Source: Tubiluchus corallicola
Lineage: Eukaryota > Animalia > Priapulida
Direction: 5' to 3'
Length of the DNA: 64,000 nt
Assembly (NCBI GenBank): GCA_030141605.1
Contig: JAQGDQ010000397.1
Location: 62,001-126,000, forward strand
Position 1 is the stretch's first letter. Every line of letters starts with the position of its first letter. Both the position numbers and the translations under genes were made by a program. Below the pieces are notes generated by a model. That model was not told the DNA's origin, searched no databases, and saw only the letters and a list, made by a program, of their open reading frames with translations. Of the stretch, positions 25,417-38,199 are shown in pieces.

Positions 25417-25900
25417 CCAGAGCGCATTTGAAATCTAGATGAATCTGGTCTGCAAGGTCTTATTGAATCTACTGGGGTGATTGCATCCACACTGTTTAAT
25501 ATGACTGAACGCGTGAAACTACAACTCTTCTCAGTGCAGCTGGGATAATTGCTCCACATCTCATCATTTTCAAGGACAAAGACATGATTTACAGTAACAA
25601 GCTGCAATTGGAGACCTTGTCAGAATGTATGAATCCGGTTGAAATAAAGATCAGCTTGTTACTGAAAAAGGTTGCAATTTTATTCGATATCTGCATTTTT
25701 AAGGTGCATTAGGTGAAACAACTTGAGGTTACTGGATGGACACATGACACACTCACTAAACCTCGAATTTATCAGGGTCATGCGAGAGAACAACATCATA
25801 CTATCATGTACAGCCCTTCTGGTCATTATGCTTCAAAATCTGCTGATGTGTCCTGTTGTTCACATGCATCAGGTCTTCAAGACGTAAGTTTCACAGGCTT
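25417..25900 (+). mobile_element. Fossil pogo/Tigger-type (Tc1/mariner superfamily, DDE_1) transposase
   Basis: Motifs in the correct order across stops and frameshifts: PERI*NLDESGLQ, ETTTLLSAAGIIAPHLIIFK, ESG*, LLDGHMTHSLNLEFIRVMRENNI. These match the pogo consensus IWNxDEsG...SAAG..P...IFKG...sGW...LLLDGH.SH. Confidence 0.8.
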
Positions 25901-28077
25901 CATCAAAAAGTGGAAAATCATCGCAAAAAATGCGCTAGAATACGATCAGAAAAAAGTCCATCACAAAATCTAACAAACTCATTGCAACAGCAACATTGGT
26001 TTTAAAGCAAAAGCTAAAGAGTTGTATATTGAAATAGTCATATATATTGTTTTGATAGTTTTGAGGAACGGATTTTGTTTGAAACTTTTAAAATATGACT
26101 ATGTTGTTTTGATGCCAAAGTTTTGTTTTCATGTTTGAAGTTTGTCAAGATTTGGTGAAAATAAAGTGTAACGGACACAAGAAAGTGTCACAGTATGTGA
26201 AGAGTTATAAGACATAGAATTTATAATAGAAAGTCTAACACTTTTGTTATTTCAAAAACATATCATTACTCCATATTAGGGAATAACATTACACACATCA
26301 TTTGGGGAATTATTTTTGCAGTCATTTTCTTAGGGAAAAGCTTGTTATTCTTTAATGGGGGATTAACACCAAAATTAAGTTGAGGTTGAATAACTCTCGA
26401 TTATATTGCGAATACAAATGCGAATCTCGTTCTTCATGCAAATTTAATACACCTACAACAATATACTTTAATGGAACTGTACCATTTGATGGTAGTAAAA
26501 TATCATCAGCAGAGCTGCGCTAGTTCAATTTTTTCACTTTTGAGAGGGGTACGTGCAGTTCATTGGCGTTTCTCGTGAGATATGAGATACAAAACTGTTA
26601 CTTGGCTAAAAAAAATTCGCCAAATTTTTCACAGTTTAGGCAACCCTACAATATGTATAACTTGATTTTCATGATATTCCCCCTTTAAGTATTTTTGCAA
26701 GATCATTAACTGCAAGAGGTGTTTTACCATATTCTCCCTATCCGGGCAAAAACCAGCTAACATCGGGGAAACAGCACTAACATTTTCTGCACACACCCAT
26801 CCATTTAGTTGCAAGTTTCGGTAGTGCATAACTGTTATTGCTTATATTCTTTGCGTCACAGCGTTCTCGAGCTATTCCATTATTCTCAATAAGTGACAGA
26901 CAATGAAATGCGTGTTTGCTTGTGTGCAGAATTTCCTTTGTCTGAGTGGGTTTAGTTTCGCTTAGCAAAGCAGGGGTGTGTTCTATTATTTCTGCTGCTT
27001 GAAATAATATTAACGCCCTGGGAAACACGCACTAAGATGTTTTGTTAAGATTGAAAGGAATATAATGCCTTTTCAGATTTGAAAGCTTTTGAAAGTATTT
27101 TTAATACAAACACAGGGGTAGAAACTGGTTTTCCTTTTTACGAAATTAAAGAGCGAGACCGCGTAAAAATAATTGCTGTTTGGAGAAGACAGAGAAAGTT
27201 TTAAGTTCTCACCGACGCGAACAAAAGGCCTATTAAAAGCGGAATTCTAAGATCCGGGCTCTGTTATTGATCTTGAGCATGGGTAAATTGCTGAGAGCTA
27301 AGAAAAATATTTTCTATGTTCTTGTGAAAATTGAGGGAAAGAGTTAACGTATTGCACTCAAAAATATAGACGCCAAAGAACAAACTGAAATAGTGAATGT
27401 CTTGTGAATGGGAAAGATTTTAGAACATTTTAGTTTTTCTTGTTAAAATTCAACATTTTGTGTGAAGGGAAATTAGTCAATGTGAAGCTAGAGATACATC
27501 ACTCAAACTTTCACTAAATGTTATTGAAAAATTTTTTTGGCACAATTCACCAAACCTGTTATCAGAAATTGAAATAATTTGAAAGGCATTTGCTAGGAAA
27601 AGATTTTAGACATTTGAGTATATCTTGTTTAAATTGTGTGAAATCGAATAACCAGATCTGATATGGAAACAAAAAGTGATGATTGACAACCAATAATCTG
27701 TCAGTAAATACAATTGAAAATTTAGGTATTTTGAAGTAAAGAAATATAATTACCTCGTTATAAAATTTTTATAATCATATAACATGAGCTGAGCCGTCAA
27801 ATTAACAAAAATGATGTCTGTCCAAAAAATGCTTTCCAAGTTTTTCATTAAAGCTTTCATGCTGTCACCATAGATTGACAAATGCTACTATTGCATTAAT
27901 GTTTATTAATCTATCAAGCTATCATTAAATATTAATGAAAAAAATTTGCAAAAATTCTTTGAAGGTTATTTCACAGGCACTGCAATGATTTAAACATGGA
28001 CTAATATTTTCCTGAATGTCGTAAACTGCTGAAAACCTTTGAAAAATACAAGAAATGTTATCATGAGGTGGCTACAA

Positions 28078-28255
28078 AAATAACAACAGGAAAATGGCTC
28101 AGAAAAAATGGCATAGGAAAACTGGTTAGGTAAAATGGCACATGAAAAATGGCATAGAAAAAATAACTCAAACTGGAAAAGTAGGTAAAAAATAACACAG
28201 GCAAAAATCTCAGTAAACTCAGTATGTGGTTCGGGTTAGGGTTTTAGTGGGCGAT
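28078..28255 (+). mobile_element. MITE-like end with tandem AAAAATGGCA(C/T)AG(G) subterminal repeats
   Basis: About 6 degenerate 13-14-nt units followed by gggttagggtt. Reverse-orientation units (tgtgccatttt) occur at ~22485-22515 and ~60717-60755. Confidence 0.45.
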
Positions 28256-28451
28256 AAGAACTCTGCCTTGGAAGTTGTGCTTTAACACACTTTGTTTGTT
28301 TTGTTTGTTTTTTGTCTATTATGTAAATCTTTTTGAAGAAAGGTGGGTAGATGAGGTCAATATTTTATTGCCATTTATTTTTTTGCAAAACTTGACGTGT
28401 ATGGTAAAAAAAATTGAGAAACACTTTGCCAAGGTCTGTGAGGGTGTGTGC

Positions 28452-28540
28452 TATGGGTGAGCATCAAACATTCGAGTTCGAACGAGTTTTTTTAGTTCGA
28501 ACTCGATTCGAACTTAAAACTATAGATTCGAATAATTCAG
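28452..28540. mobile_element. TTCGAA-rich terminus, possibly of a hAT-type MITE
   Basis: Repeated TTCGA(A) motifs and a perfect 12-bp inverted repeat (28472-28483 / 28495-28506). Confidence 0.4.
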
Positions 28541-30499
28541 CACTTAAATCACATATATTCTAAATTGTTAAAACGATTGAAACATCATGGAATTAGCATA
28601 ATTTTTTTGTGATTTCCATGCACAATTTTAAACAATTTTAAACAGTCGTTTTATTGCAGAACAAGATCTAGTGATATGTATGATCTTTGTAAGATTAATT
28701 TTTACTGGTGGTTCGAAAACTTGTTTGAAAAGTAGTTTTTCTTTGTTTTGTAGTGCGTCACTCTTATCGCTAGATACTCTTCACACCACCTCTCAACTTG
28801 TTCCATTATTTTCAATAACTGACAGGAGATCAAATGTAGTAAAAAGAAAAGCCTCACTAGACTCTCACACAATTGTTTCAATTTTTGTTTTTGATTTTAA
28901 ACATGAATGGACATTAAAAGGTTTCTCCCAGTTGTGTTGCACATTTTCTAGTATTGTAACTGTAGATATAAGTTAAGATGTCTATAAATGTAATAAATAC
29001 AACTCGTAAATCAGAAATGGTAGGTATACTACTCGTACTAGAAGTAGTGTTTCTGTTTTTGCGAAATCAGTTTTGAGTAGCTATTTATTCAAAACTCCAG
29101 CGTTAATGCTATGTAACTTAAAATAATAAAGTGAACAAGATAGATTGGAAATAAGCAAGAAAAAAATTTCTTCACTTCATTGTAAGTTGGCAATAATTAT
29201 AATAATAATCTTTTTATTTTTCTTGTAACACACGAAGAGTTATAATACAATTAATTTGGAAACCAAAAAAATCATCATTTTTCTGAAGATTTTTAGCAAT
29301 GCCTTTTCATCATGTGGTAAAACTACTTTTTTACTATCAAAACCATAGCGTGAGCATTAAATAAAAATATTAGTGAATTCACTCAGTTTATTTTTTATCT
29401 GTTGTTTTTCTTGCACATAGTTTGGTTTCTCAACCATCTTCCTGATGTCTCTTCCCAGTTGTGTCAGCCTCGGGTGTGACATATTTGCAAAAGTAACATT
29501 AAATTTGAGAAATAAACAAATATGCATGGAAAACTCTTTATCATAATTAAATAAACCAAAAATAAACTTTGCAATAAATTCACTAGACTCTAAAGGGTTA
29601 CTGTGTTCACCATTTGCAATAACAATAAATTTTGTTAAAACCTCCCTAGCTGTCAATCACGAATTGAATTTGTTGGGTGCAATCCGCAGATTGACGAGAT
29701 TAACTGCTTACGAGTTACTTGGAGAATTAATATTAACGAGAGAACACAGCCTAATTTGAATGTGCCTTTATCTAAAGTACTGAACTAAGTTGGTGGTTGG
29801 TGTCCATCTATGAATATCTAGGAAGGATGAGAGCTTTAGAGTTTGCATGTAGGAGCATTTTTTGTAAACTTGTTTTTCTATAGGATCATTCTTAACAGAA
29901 CATACATACTGATTCATTAAAAGTGTTTTTGCACATTTCCGCTTAAATTTGTTCGCAATTCTGCACAAACCTAAGAGCGTAAATAGAATTTTTCAAGTTG
30001 TGCACTACAAGAAAAGCTACGACTGGTGTTGTCACCGAAGTGCAGAATAATAGAAATCTTAAGTGCAACGACCAAATTTTTGGAAAAAGATCAAAATTTG
30101 ACTTCTAATAAAAGCAATTTACAAATCATAGCCGTCATAGCAGGGCATAAGGCTTATATGTGTGTCTGCTCATTAATCCACCTACCTTTTAATCTAGCTA
30201 TCTATCTATCTATAAGCAAAATTTATTTTAAGTTGAGTAGCATATGTGTGCTTGCAAACCGAAACCGACCATAAGTCGGCATAGTTAAAAGTACATTATG
30301 ATGCTTCAAAGTAGAGAGGTCTTGTGTTTTTAGTAAAAGCAAATGCTATATATACTGAACTGTTATATTCGAGCATCAAATTATCACGAAAATGTCCAAA
30401 AGATACTTAAAAGTTAATTCTGTAACCCCGTGTCCATTTCTCTGAATAGAAACATGTACTGCAGTTGCAAAAAAATTTAACTCTCTTTTAACTTGTTGA

Positions 30500-31090
30500 T
30501 GCAACCATTTTGCTTCCGATTTTTTTTTGTTGACAAAACCAGGTATTCTTTAGGAAGGGCCATCTACTAGATTTAAACGTAACTTCAATTTGCTCTTGTA
30601 AAATCCATAGCAACCACAATTTCGTTTGGTAGCTAAGTGTTTTGCAGAGACGAGACGTAAAACTATGGATGACTTTAACAGCCTTTTTTTCAAAATTACG
30701 TTTTTCAGTGAGTAATTAGCCTGTACCTCAACTTCAACCTGCATTATCTCAGCTTGGAAATAGCATAGAACAACGAGCTTGGTATCAAAATGATCCTCAT
30801 GGAACGGAAATTCAGAATGTGAATACCTAGAAAAGCTTCATTGCCGACTTGCGGGTAATTTTTCTACGCAAGCACACGTTGTAATTTTACTGATTGGGGT
30901 ATTTCCACTGTGTGCAACAAACACATTTATGTTTATAAAACATATACAATGCAAAGATATAAGTAAATAAACTATTACAAGTACAATCAATTAGCAAAAC
31001 GTTTAGCAGACTTATGCAGTTCTGCAAAAATTTGAAGAAAATGCCGCTGGATTGATGACCTGGGGCCGGATTCCCTAAAAATCTAACAAA
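30500..31090 (+). repeat. Mosaic module H; direct copy ~62615-63225
   Basis: Shared gagcttggtatcaaaatgatcctcatggaa and caatcaattagcaaaacgtttagcagactt. Confidence 0.9.
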
Positions 31091-34000
31091 CGATTTTCTT
31101 GGCAAGTTTGTGTATTTGAACGTTTTAGCACTGCGTGCGGATTCGCTAAGCCAGTCTTTGTAAAAATCTTCTTAAATTTGTTCGAAACTTTACACAAGGA
31201 TTATGGGCTGTTTAATTGTAAATTTGCCTGCTGTGCTCAGTTTATATGGCTTGTCTTCTTGTGGAAAAGGAAAGGGCTGATAATAGAAACTTGATACTTT
31301 GAGAACGTGTTTTACAAATAGATTTAGACTTCTAGTATGAAAGTGGTAATTATAGTCCACATGGCTGTCCACAAGTCTAGTTTCCCCCTCTTTCTCTCTC
31401 TCTCTCTCTCTTTCTTGCTTCTATAGATTTGTCTATTTTGTATATCCATCAGTCTATGTACTTATCCGGGAGCAACACGACAGCATTCATGAAACTAGAA
31501 AATCTAAATAATGTTAATATTAGAGGCTTTGAGATGTATTTTTGAAGGCAAGTGTAACATTCGGATCACGAAATTCTTTCCTAGCCTAACTGGGCCTCGA
31601 ACTTGGGTCAACTTAAGTCAAGATGGATTGCTGAATGGGTCGGTGACTCCAAATGTTAAAGAGCAGCAACATTTGTTTTAATTCTAAGGCATTTACAAGC
31701 GCAGGAGGGGTCGGTCCGTCCTAAAGTACAGAGAATGGGCCAATGGCGATACAGTGTGAACAGAAACAGTGAACACAACAAAGTATAAAAAACAAACTGT
31801 TTGCCATATGTTTAACGTTTTAATTGGCATAACTAATTAATTAATCAAAAACAGCAAACAAAAAAAAACTCACAACTTGCACAGGAACAGCGGGGTACCC
31901 TCATTTAATATCAGTCGGGTAGCATTTAATGTAGGCGGGACGTCTCCCATAAAGTTCCGGGGTTAACACACTTAGGTTGCTAGAATCACTTTGCTATCAG
32001 TCTCGTCGGCAACGGCGACTGCACCAATGCCCCACTCGCTTGACTGGCTTAACGAGAATAGCATACGATGACAGACAACTGGAACTCTTCTGACGACGTC
32101 TCCTCCTAATGAGTCAGGTACCAGGCTTTCAGAATGTATAGAAGTCCACTTTTTGTGCCGTTTTGGTTGAAAACTCCACCATCATGGAAACATACCCATC
32201 ACAGGAAAATGTCATTTGCCAAATATCAGACGTATGGCTCACGTTCTGTCTACTCAAGATAAATGACTGGTAGTGTGAACAGTTCAATCCATATAACTAC
32301 TGCAAGTCATGAAGTTGATTATGAAAGTATCAGAAGCGATGTCTTGTCGGCCAACTCCACGACAAACACAAAATAGATTGGCCTTTTAGCTGAGTCGGCC
32401 ATTTAACCACTATCTCCGTCACCTCGTGGAATAATCTCCACCTCTCAAGTTATACCTGTCGTGACCCAGTTAATCATCCAAACACAGTGGTACTATAGGT
32501 ATAAGATATTGAAGCCAGAATTTGGTCCAAAAGTTGAACTGTAACATTTCTTTGTTGAACTCCCGATAGGTGGAGCCACCAGTTTAAAACGTTTACCAAA
32601 TTCGGTTAATTAGTTATTAATGACAGGTTCAATACAATACATTCAGATATAACTAATAGTTTTTCAAATGCTAGAGCAGTGAGTGTAGCCATGCGTGCAT
32701 GGAGGCAACGTGGCACATGAGAGCTCTTATGTAAGAATGATTGACAGTCCAGGAGTACAGCATGCCTGTCTAGTAATGGCGGCTGCTCCAATTGGCTGAA
32801 TAGGTTCAGGCAGGTAATGTCAGTCAGCCACCTAGTGTGCAAAATCGCAAATAAAGCAACAGCGACAATATGTTACTATAGAAATTTCATTACAAGACAA
32901 CAAGTTACCCAAGTGAATCAGAACTGGTGCAGAGTAAATATTTTTATGATTAATGGATCAACAAATTGTTACTTTAGTGACTTTTGTGCACCACAAAAAT
33001 TGGAGAAAAATGTTAATACTGTGTTAAAAAATTGTAGAATGCAAGCTGCCATGCAGTTGGTACAGTGCGGCTTTATACCTGGGTTAAACTTAATTAAGAA
33101 TATATGAAACAAAACCTTACTGTGGATGCACCAAAAAAAACAATATTAAGAAGATGGTGCGATAATCCTGTAATAAATTTATTCTATAAAGTATAATCCT
33201 GAAACAAATATATTTTATAAAGTACAAAAATTGCACGACATGAACTAAATTGTAACTGCACAAAATTTATTGAAAAATTTTATGTGTTCTATCACAGGAT
33301 CAAACGTCGGTTCATATGAAATGGTAATTCTCTAATGCATGTGTGGCACTTCAACAACGAGTACGTTCGATGGCACAGCAATGTTACAGTGTTACAGTGT
33401 CAGCTGATGTCAAAACCTGCAATTTATTTATCATATATGGGCTACAATCTGCAATACAGCATGACTTTGGACAGTCTCAATTTGGAAATACATCCACAGG
33501 TGCTAACCAATGGGTGGAGACCTTTCATTTGATGTATAGATCACCGAGAATGGTGCCGTCGCCAGAGCTGAAGGCCTAACAACTAAAACATATAAAACTT
33601 TTTCTTTTGCAATTTTTCATTTTTTAAATCTCAAACACTAAAACAGCATGAAAGAGTGTATCGAGGTATTAGCACCATGATTTTCTGGTAGACTGAAGCC
33701 AACACTTGCTGAATAATTGTTAAACTGAGGTTTGATGCCATGTGAGCAGGCATCAGTTTTAGAATTATTTGATTTGTTTGACATTTTTTGATTGACACTT
33801 TGCTAAGTGAGTGAGCAAAGTAATTTAAATGATCTATTTCCATCAAACTTATTTGTCAGTTATACCTGCAAGATGACAGCACCTGGCATTTTATTTAGGT
33901 GTAAAATTAGCTTTTTTATACCGATCAATGTCAGATGACCCAATAACCAAGATGTGACGTGTTTCAGCTCTTTGAGGGCAAATAATGATAAACTCCAGCT

Positions 34001-37000
34001 ATGATGATGATAACTGTGCCAGTTTTCCTGCGCATCTGTACTGCCAGGTTTAACCCTTATCTGACCACAGGGTAATTATATTACACTAAAAACCAAGCGG
34101 GTTAATAAGATACCCCATAAATTTTTTTCTCAATGTTTTTTACTGAGTGGATAGAATGGCCAACTGGAAAGTAAGGTGCAAAACTAAGTTCCGGGTCAAG
34201 TTGTTTCCTATATGAGGCAGGAAAGGCACAACAGGTATTGCTGCATAACATACTGAAAGATATTTAATCACGACTAGTTTAATGATTTTTTCAATAAAGG
34301 CTGCATATAAGGACTAGCTTTTTAATATAGACCTAATTGCAGATTTCTTTAGAACGTCTTTTACTTCTGGAAAGTTTCTTTAATTTGAATAAGAATCTTA
34401 AGTGTCTGAAAATATTTTTCTTTAATAAATCTTTTATAAATCTGCAGTTAACTAGACAAATTAATGGTAAAGTAGCGATACAGTTTACTTGGCAATGAAG
34501 AAGTTAAAAAATATTTGATTAATTTCACTTCAATGCAATATTTATGACTTTGAGGAGCATTTCCTGAAAAAGCCACCAGCATCAGTCGCAATAATTTTGT
34601 AAATGTCATTTACGATGCAGTGAGGTGTGGTGTAGTGAGATTGGTAAGGGCTGTTGTGGTGGTGAAAATGATCATTATGATGTTATGTGTTTTTATCTTT
34701 ATTTATATTTTATTTTGAGTGTGGAAAGAAAAAGTGACTATTTGGTGAAAAAAGTAAAGCATCAAGAAGTTTGTGAATCTGTCTTTCTTTCTTTATTATT
34801 TTATGTTACATAGCATTAATGCTGGAGTTTTGAATAAAGAACTACTCAAAACCGATTTCCCAAAAACAGAAAGACTACTACTAGTACGAGTAGTATATCT
34901 ACTACTTCTGATTTACGGGTTGTATTTTATTCAGTTTATACACATCTTAACTTATATCTACAGTTACAATGCAAGGAAATGTGCAAAACAACTGCAGGAA
35001 ATCTTTTGTGCATTAAAATAAGTGGGAAACTGTCCATTCATGTTTAAAATCAATAACAAAAATTGAAAAAGATGCGTGAGACTGTGTCTAATCAGACATT
35101 TCTTTGTACATGTACAATAATTTCAGATTTATTTATCCTGGCATATTTTCCTGGCCAGGTGTTCAAGTTTCTCTAACTTGAATAAGAATCTTAAGTGTCT
35201 GAAAATATTTTCATCCATCCACTCATACCCAAGTTTATCTAACTTGAATAAGAATCTTAAGTGTCTGAAAATATTTTCAACCATCCATTCATACACATCA
35301 ATAAGAAAATTTGAATTCATTCAAATGCCTCAGCACTTCTTTAAAACTTCCTCCGTCTAAACAAGAGTCATTATTATGCAGTACCACCCTCTATTATCAT
35401 AACAACAAAAACTAGTTCTTCTTCTCTCTGTGTTTGCTTTATAAATATATTGAATGTTGTCTTTTCACTTTAAACAAAACATCACATTCCTTGTCTCCCA
35501 GTGTGATTTGTTATGATAAGCATTAACATCCAACAAAAATAATAGAGCACACCTATTTATTCCCAGTGCTCTCAGACAGAACTACTTTTGATCTTCTGTC
35601 AGTTATTGAAAATAATGGAACAAGTTGAGAGGCGAACCGTATCTAGCGATAAGAGTTATGCACTACAGGACCTTGCAACGAAATGGTTATGTGGCTGCTC
35701 CTAAAAAAGCTCTTCTCTCATATTACCTGGTTTCTCAAGGACAGAGAGAATTCAGTATAACACCTATTCCAACTAATGTTTTTGAAAATGGATGTTATGA
35801 AATCGCAGGGAAAGAATTAAGAAGAGACGCTTAGCAAATACAGACAAGAATGTCAATAGACTGCAGAGCTTTTAGAATAATTAGAGGTTTCTGAACACTG
35901 CTAATAGTGAACATTTCGACTAATATACGTTCTTGAAATACTGGAAGTGACAGACTAATCTTATTGAAAGAAAACACTAAATTCTATTATGTCTTATAAG
36001 TAATGCTATTGGATGTCAATATTGGGTCAATTGTATATTTTATTGTCATGCTATTCTCTGTCAAATGTCACTTGCTGTCTGAACCTGCACTTTATTCACT
36101 AGGTATATTATTGCAAACTGTAGTATAATATTATCATGACTTTGGATTGCCTTCGCCATGACAAAATTCAGTGGCATACATCAGTCTAAGGAACTATTAC
36201 TTCGTTCAAAAGTGCAGACGACATTCCAACATTTTCACTTTAAAATGTTATTTATTGTTTGTTTCTGGTATCATTATCATTTTCAAAATGATTTTGTTGC
36301 TGTTATCATTATTGTTATTATTAATGTTGTTATTATTATTAATTTCTCGACATTCATATTTGACTAGTGTACATGGAAGGTGAAAATGTTTTTCCCAAAC
36401 AGGCAGCGTGTAGTCTGTGGTCTGTGTAGAGCGTGGCAGAGACATGGTGCACTCTCACACATGTGAGAGTAGTGAGTGTAGCGATACATGCATGGAAGCA
36501 ATGATCCACATGATAGCTCATGGGTAAGAGTGATTGACAGCACTGGAGTGCAGCATGCGTAACCAGCAATGCCAGATGCTCCAATTGGCTGAATAGCTTT
36601 GGGTAATATCAGTGAGCCATCTATTGTACAAAACCACAACTAAAACAGCAACTACAAAATGGTACCACAGAATAAAACAATAATTAACAAACAGTAATCA
36701 CTAATAGGTACATAAATGATAGTAGGTAGATTTAGTATTACACATTTAAAATCAAAATTGGAATGCAGTCTTGAAGTAAGATTAGAAATAATATAATTGC
36801 TCCACAAAGCTGAATAGTATCGGGCATTGTCAGAGAGCCATCTACTGTACAAAATTGCAATTATTGACACAGCTACAATATAACGTGATCGCTGCTTAGT
36901 GAGAACACCCACGCAAAGTGCAGAAAATGCACACTGTCTTAAAGGAGTTAAGCGAGTGAAACTGGGTTCTAGTTTATCAAATGAAAAGTATTGATGGGAC

Positions 37001-38199
37001 AAACCAAGTAGTACAAATCATTCTGACACTGGCTGATCTCTGACTGAAAAATGGGGATCGAAAAAATCAATGCATTTATTGCCAAATTGAATAGTATGAG
37101 TTTGTTGTGATGATTACTAGCATGCCCTAGAATTGAATGTGAAATTGTAGAATGTTCTAAAAAAAGTTTATTGTAACAAAAAAGCAATCGCAGATTCTGG
37201 AACTTTCGTTGTGCACTGTGCGTAGCAGTTTCTAGATTGTTCTGGTGTTGTCCATTTGCATTGATATATGAGGCAGAGCTGGCCACTCATTATTTTCCTC
37301 AGATTCTCAGACGCTTAGATACACACACTTTCTCATATTCAGATTATCACATTGACTGTACATATTTTGAGTTCCTTCATATTTTATGTTGTGTAATTCT
37401 CACACATTAAACCTGTTTAATTTGACAACGTGTTTTCTTGTTTTCTCTACGAGCTGTCCGAGAGAAAAAAACACAACAGAGTTGTGCCGAGATTGAGTGG
37501 CCTTTGACTGGATCACAGGTTGAAATTTCTTTATGAATTGCAGTCGCTATGCATTCAAAACAATGTCAAATCAATCGAGCAAAAAATTAGAGCTTTCAAA
37601 GAAAAATATGGCATTTTTTCAGTGTCCAATTCCGTAAATCTTGACTATATTGTTTGCAAAATCTTAAGTTTCAAATCACATCAGAAACATTTTCAACTAT
37701 TATAAATTATTACTATTTATCAAACTTTGTTAGGTTTACCTGGTAGTTGGCAGCACCTGGCTTTTTATATAGGTGTAAAACCAATTTTTTTCTTCGGCCA
37801 CGTCACGCAGCTCAGTTGTGCTGTTTGATGTCAAATAATGGCAACCTGCAGCTGTGATGATGGCTATGCCAGTTTGCCTGCACACCTAAGCTGATATGTT
37901 TAAACTAATGGGTTAACATCTTGCAATTTGCTTTAAAAAGTCATGTGACACTTCAGCTATTAATTTTTGGGAAATCCTGCCACAGCTTTCCTTTCAGTTC
38001 TCTACTGCAGCTACTTTTGTACATAAACGTTTCTGTACATAAACGCTGCTTTTTTCTCAAAATTTTCGATTTTTGTTTCTACACGATTCCCAAAATTTAC
38101 GTTTTCCTGAAGATATCCTGTTCTTTTAATCGGCTAAAATAATCGCAAACTTTTGGCAAAAACAAAGAGAATCGTGCTGCAGCACGTTTGACAAGGTAT

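Noticed and set aside
28078-28210. Short spaced repeats as a CRISPR-like array
   Set aside because: Units are 13-14 nt, degenerate and adjacent with no unique spacers; eukaryotic context and no cas genes.
31880-32620. GC-richer unique segment as a retroelement coding fragment
   Set aside because: No diagnostic motif recognised in the frames I read.
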